From NCBI GenBank assembly GCA_963717465.1, contig OY970340.1:448001-512000 (forward strand): 64,000 bases of DNA. Direction: 5' to 3'. Source of the DNA: Candidatus Bathyarchaeota archaeon (GTDB lineage Archaea; Thermoproteota; Bathyarchaeia; Bathyarchaeales; Bathycorpusculaceae). The notes beneath the pieces were generated by a model that saw only the letters and a list, made by a program, of their open reading frames with translations, made no database searches and had not been told where the DNA came from. Position numbers and translations under genes: made by a program. This document shows positions 62,352-64,000 of the stretch, in pieces; the stretch's first letter is position 1; each line of letters starts with the position of its first letter.

Positions 62352-63113
62352 TTGAAAATGAAAGTTTTAGCTTTCAACAGTAGTCCCAACACGGAAAACG
62401 GCAACACTGCTCTCATCCTAAACCCCTTCCTAAAAGGAATGAAAGAAGCAGGAGCAGAAATAGAATTATTCTACATCAAAAAACTGAAAATCAACCCATG
62501 TATAAGCGAAATGTCATGCGTAATAAAAACGCCAGGCAAATGCATCCTAAATGATGACATGCAAATGCTTTATCCGAAATTGAAAGAAGCTGACATAATC
62601 GTATTCGCCACCCCACTGCATTTCGACGGGATGACAACAACGATGAAAAACTTGATTGAAAGGCTATGGTTGCCCAGCGGAACCCCATTTCTGGAACTGA
62701 GAAACGGACGTGTACGACACCCTGTTCAGCCAAATACAAAAAAAGCGAAGATAGTTCTTCTTTCAAACTGCGGATTTTATGAATTAGAGAATTTTACACC
62801 ACTGTTGGCGCACATTAAAGCAATTTGTGAAAACTTGAGCTTTGAATTTGCAGGTGCCCTACTTCGTCCTCACGGTCCTACGCTGGGCATGATGCTTAAG
62901 GCAGGCGCTCCAGTGACGGATGTTTTAAATGCAGCAGAAGAAGCTGGACGTCAACTGGTAACTGAAGGAAAAATGTCTGAGGAGACTTTGAATGTTGTTA
63001 GCAGAGAACTTTTGCCCTTAAAAGATTACGTCCAGCATCACAATCAACGCATCAAACAGTTCGTCGAAAAAATGAAAATGGCACCAACACCAACAGTGCA
63101 GCAGCTAAAGTAG
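62352..63113 (+). CDS. Flavodoxin family / NADPH-dependent FMN reductase (iron-sulfur flavoprotein-like)
   Basis: NSSP...GNT, PC....C..KTPGKC...DDM and ATPLH.DG...MKNLIER. Confidence 0.85.
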   Translation: MKMKVLAFNSSPNTENGNTALILNPFLKGMKEAGAEIELFYIKKLKINPCISEMSCVIKTPGKCILNDDMQMLYPKLKEADIIVFATPLHFDGMTTTMKNLIERLWLPSGTPFLELRNGRVRHPVQPNTKKAKIVLLSNCGFYELENFTPLLAHIKAICENLSFEFAGALLRPHGPTLGMMLKAGAPVTDVLNAAEEAGRQLVTEGKMSEETLNVVSRELLPLKDYVQHHNQRIKQFVEKMKMAPTPTVQQLK

Positions 63114-63126
63114 GAGAAATAAGTAA

Positions 63127-63810
63127 TTGGCAACTGTAAAATCTAAGCCGACAGGATTTTCTCGAAGGGAACGCGAGAAACTCAAGCGGCACAACGAAAT
63201 TATCGACGCAGCTGAGAAGAGGTTTTTTGAAAGAGGGTTTGACGATGTTTCAATGGATGAGATCGCACGCGACTTGGAGCTTTCAAAACCTGCTCTTTAC
63301 AGGTATTTCCGCAATAAGGAGTCGTTGTACTTGGCGGTTGTACTTAGGGGTATGCTGCTTCTACTGGACACATTTGAGGCGGCAATAGTTAAAGAGAAGA
63401 TAGGCATAGAGAAAGTCAATGCTTACCTTGGCGCTTTATGCTTTAATTACATCCAAAAACACGCCGATTACTACAGAATCATCACTGTGGCTAGGGAACA
63501 GCGTTTTATGGATTTATATAAGCAGGGTAAGGTTGACGGAGCAAAAGAATTCGGCAACACAGCATTTGAACTTCTAACATTTTTATCAGATGCCATCAAG
63601 CTAGGAGTTAGAGATGGCACGGTTCGTGCAGATTTAGAACCGCTGCAAACAGCAATCTTCTTAGTCGTATCATCTGAAGCAATCACTAACCTCTCCTATG
63701 AATATCAACAGAACCTTCTAGCGAACAGGAACATAAGTAAAAACCAATTCTTGAAGCATTCAATTAATTTAATGTTGCAAGGAATAGCAAACAAGCCACC
63801 CAAACAATGA
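63127..63810 (+). CDS. TetR/AcrR family regulator
   Basis: IIDAAE..F.ERGF..VSMDEIA..LELSKPALYRYF.NKE.L. Confidence 0.92.
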   Translation: MATVKSKPTGFSRREREKLKRHNEIIDAAEKRFFERGFDDVSMDEIARDLELSKPALYRYFRNKESLYLAVVLRGMLLLLDTFEAAIVKEKIGIEKVNAYLGALCFNYIQKHADYYRIITVAREQRFMDLYKQGKVDGAKEFGNTAFELLTFLSDAIKLGVRDGTVRADLEPLQTAIFLVVSSEAITNLSYEYQQNLLANRNISKNQFLKHSINLMLQGIANKPPKQ

Positions 63811-64000
63811 TAATTTTCGCAATGTTTTTGGGCATTCTCGAAATACACCTAAAACCCGTTTGTGTATTGCAGAAAACTAAGTTTCGAAAAGGCAATCAAG
63901 CCAGCCTTAACGTCATGTTCAACCTTTGAGAGAGCTTCTCAAGGTCTTGTACTACGTAGAAGAATGCCATCCATGACCATTTGCCCCATCTGCGGATACC

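Noticed and set aside
62085..62355. Overlapping hydrophobic ORFs 62110..62355 (+) and 62085..62342 (-)
   Set aside because: AT-rich promoter-like spacer with no recognisable motif; probably spurious.
411..63686. Numerous short antisense ORFs in the six-frame track
   Set aside because: They lie opposite well-supported genes and have no recognisable motifs (shadow ORFs).

Overview
Archaeal chromosomal window, most likely Bathyarchaeia (TACK). This is inferred from the combination of an archaeal histone, two Alba genes, ribosomal proteins S25e/S26e/S17e/S3Ae, RpoK, thermosome, tetraether lipid synthase Tes and CofD. About two thirds is housekeeping (aspS, serS, sucCD, gap/pgk, a GH57/GT4 alpha-glucan locus, tldDE, endoQ, trpB2-trpY, pyrC, moaE). 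Many conserved genes are broken by single-base indels, which points to uncorrected long-read errors rather than real pseudogenes. The standout is a DMSO-reductase-family (acetylene hydratase-like) Mo/W oxidoreductase at 30731..33034 (-). The ORF track splits it in two, but it is one reading frame with a single in-frame TGA exactly at the metal-ligand Cys position (GSPNFGPVAATH-U-AGP, codon 151). A hairpin resembling a bacterial-type, in-ORF SECIS follows immediately. This makes it a candidate selenoprotein with bacterial-style recoding in an archaeon. No Sec machinery is visible in this window, so the call needs checking elsewhere in the genome. Nearby are an Lrp regulator, a structured intergenic region and a tusA-dsrE2-dsrEFH-lrp-persulfide reductase cluster. 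The right end (51.8-64 kb) is accessory: an ABC exporter, vapBC, regulators, flavoproteins, and a repeat-bearing surface protein with two RHH-like paralogues and shared TGTRCACA boxes. No tRNA, rRNA or CRISPR array was seen. All family assignments are by motif recognition, without database searches.
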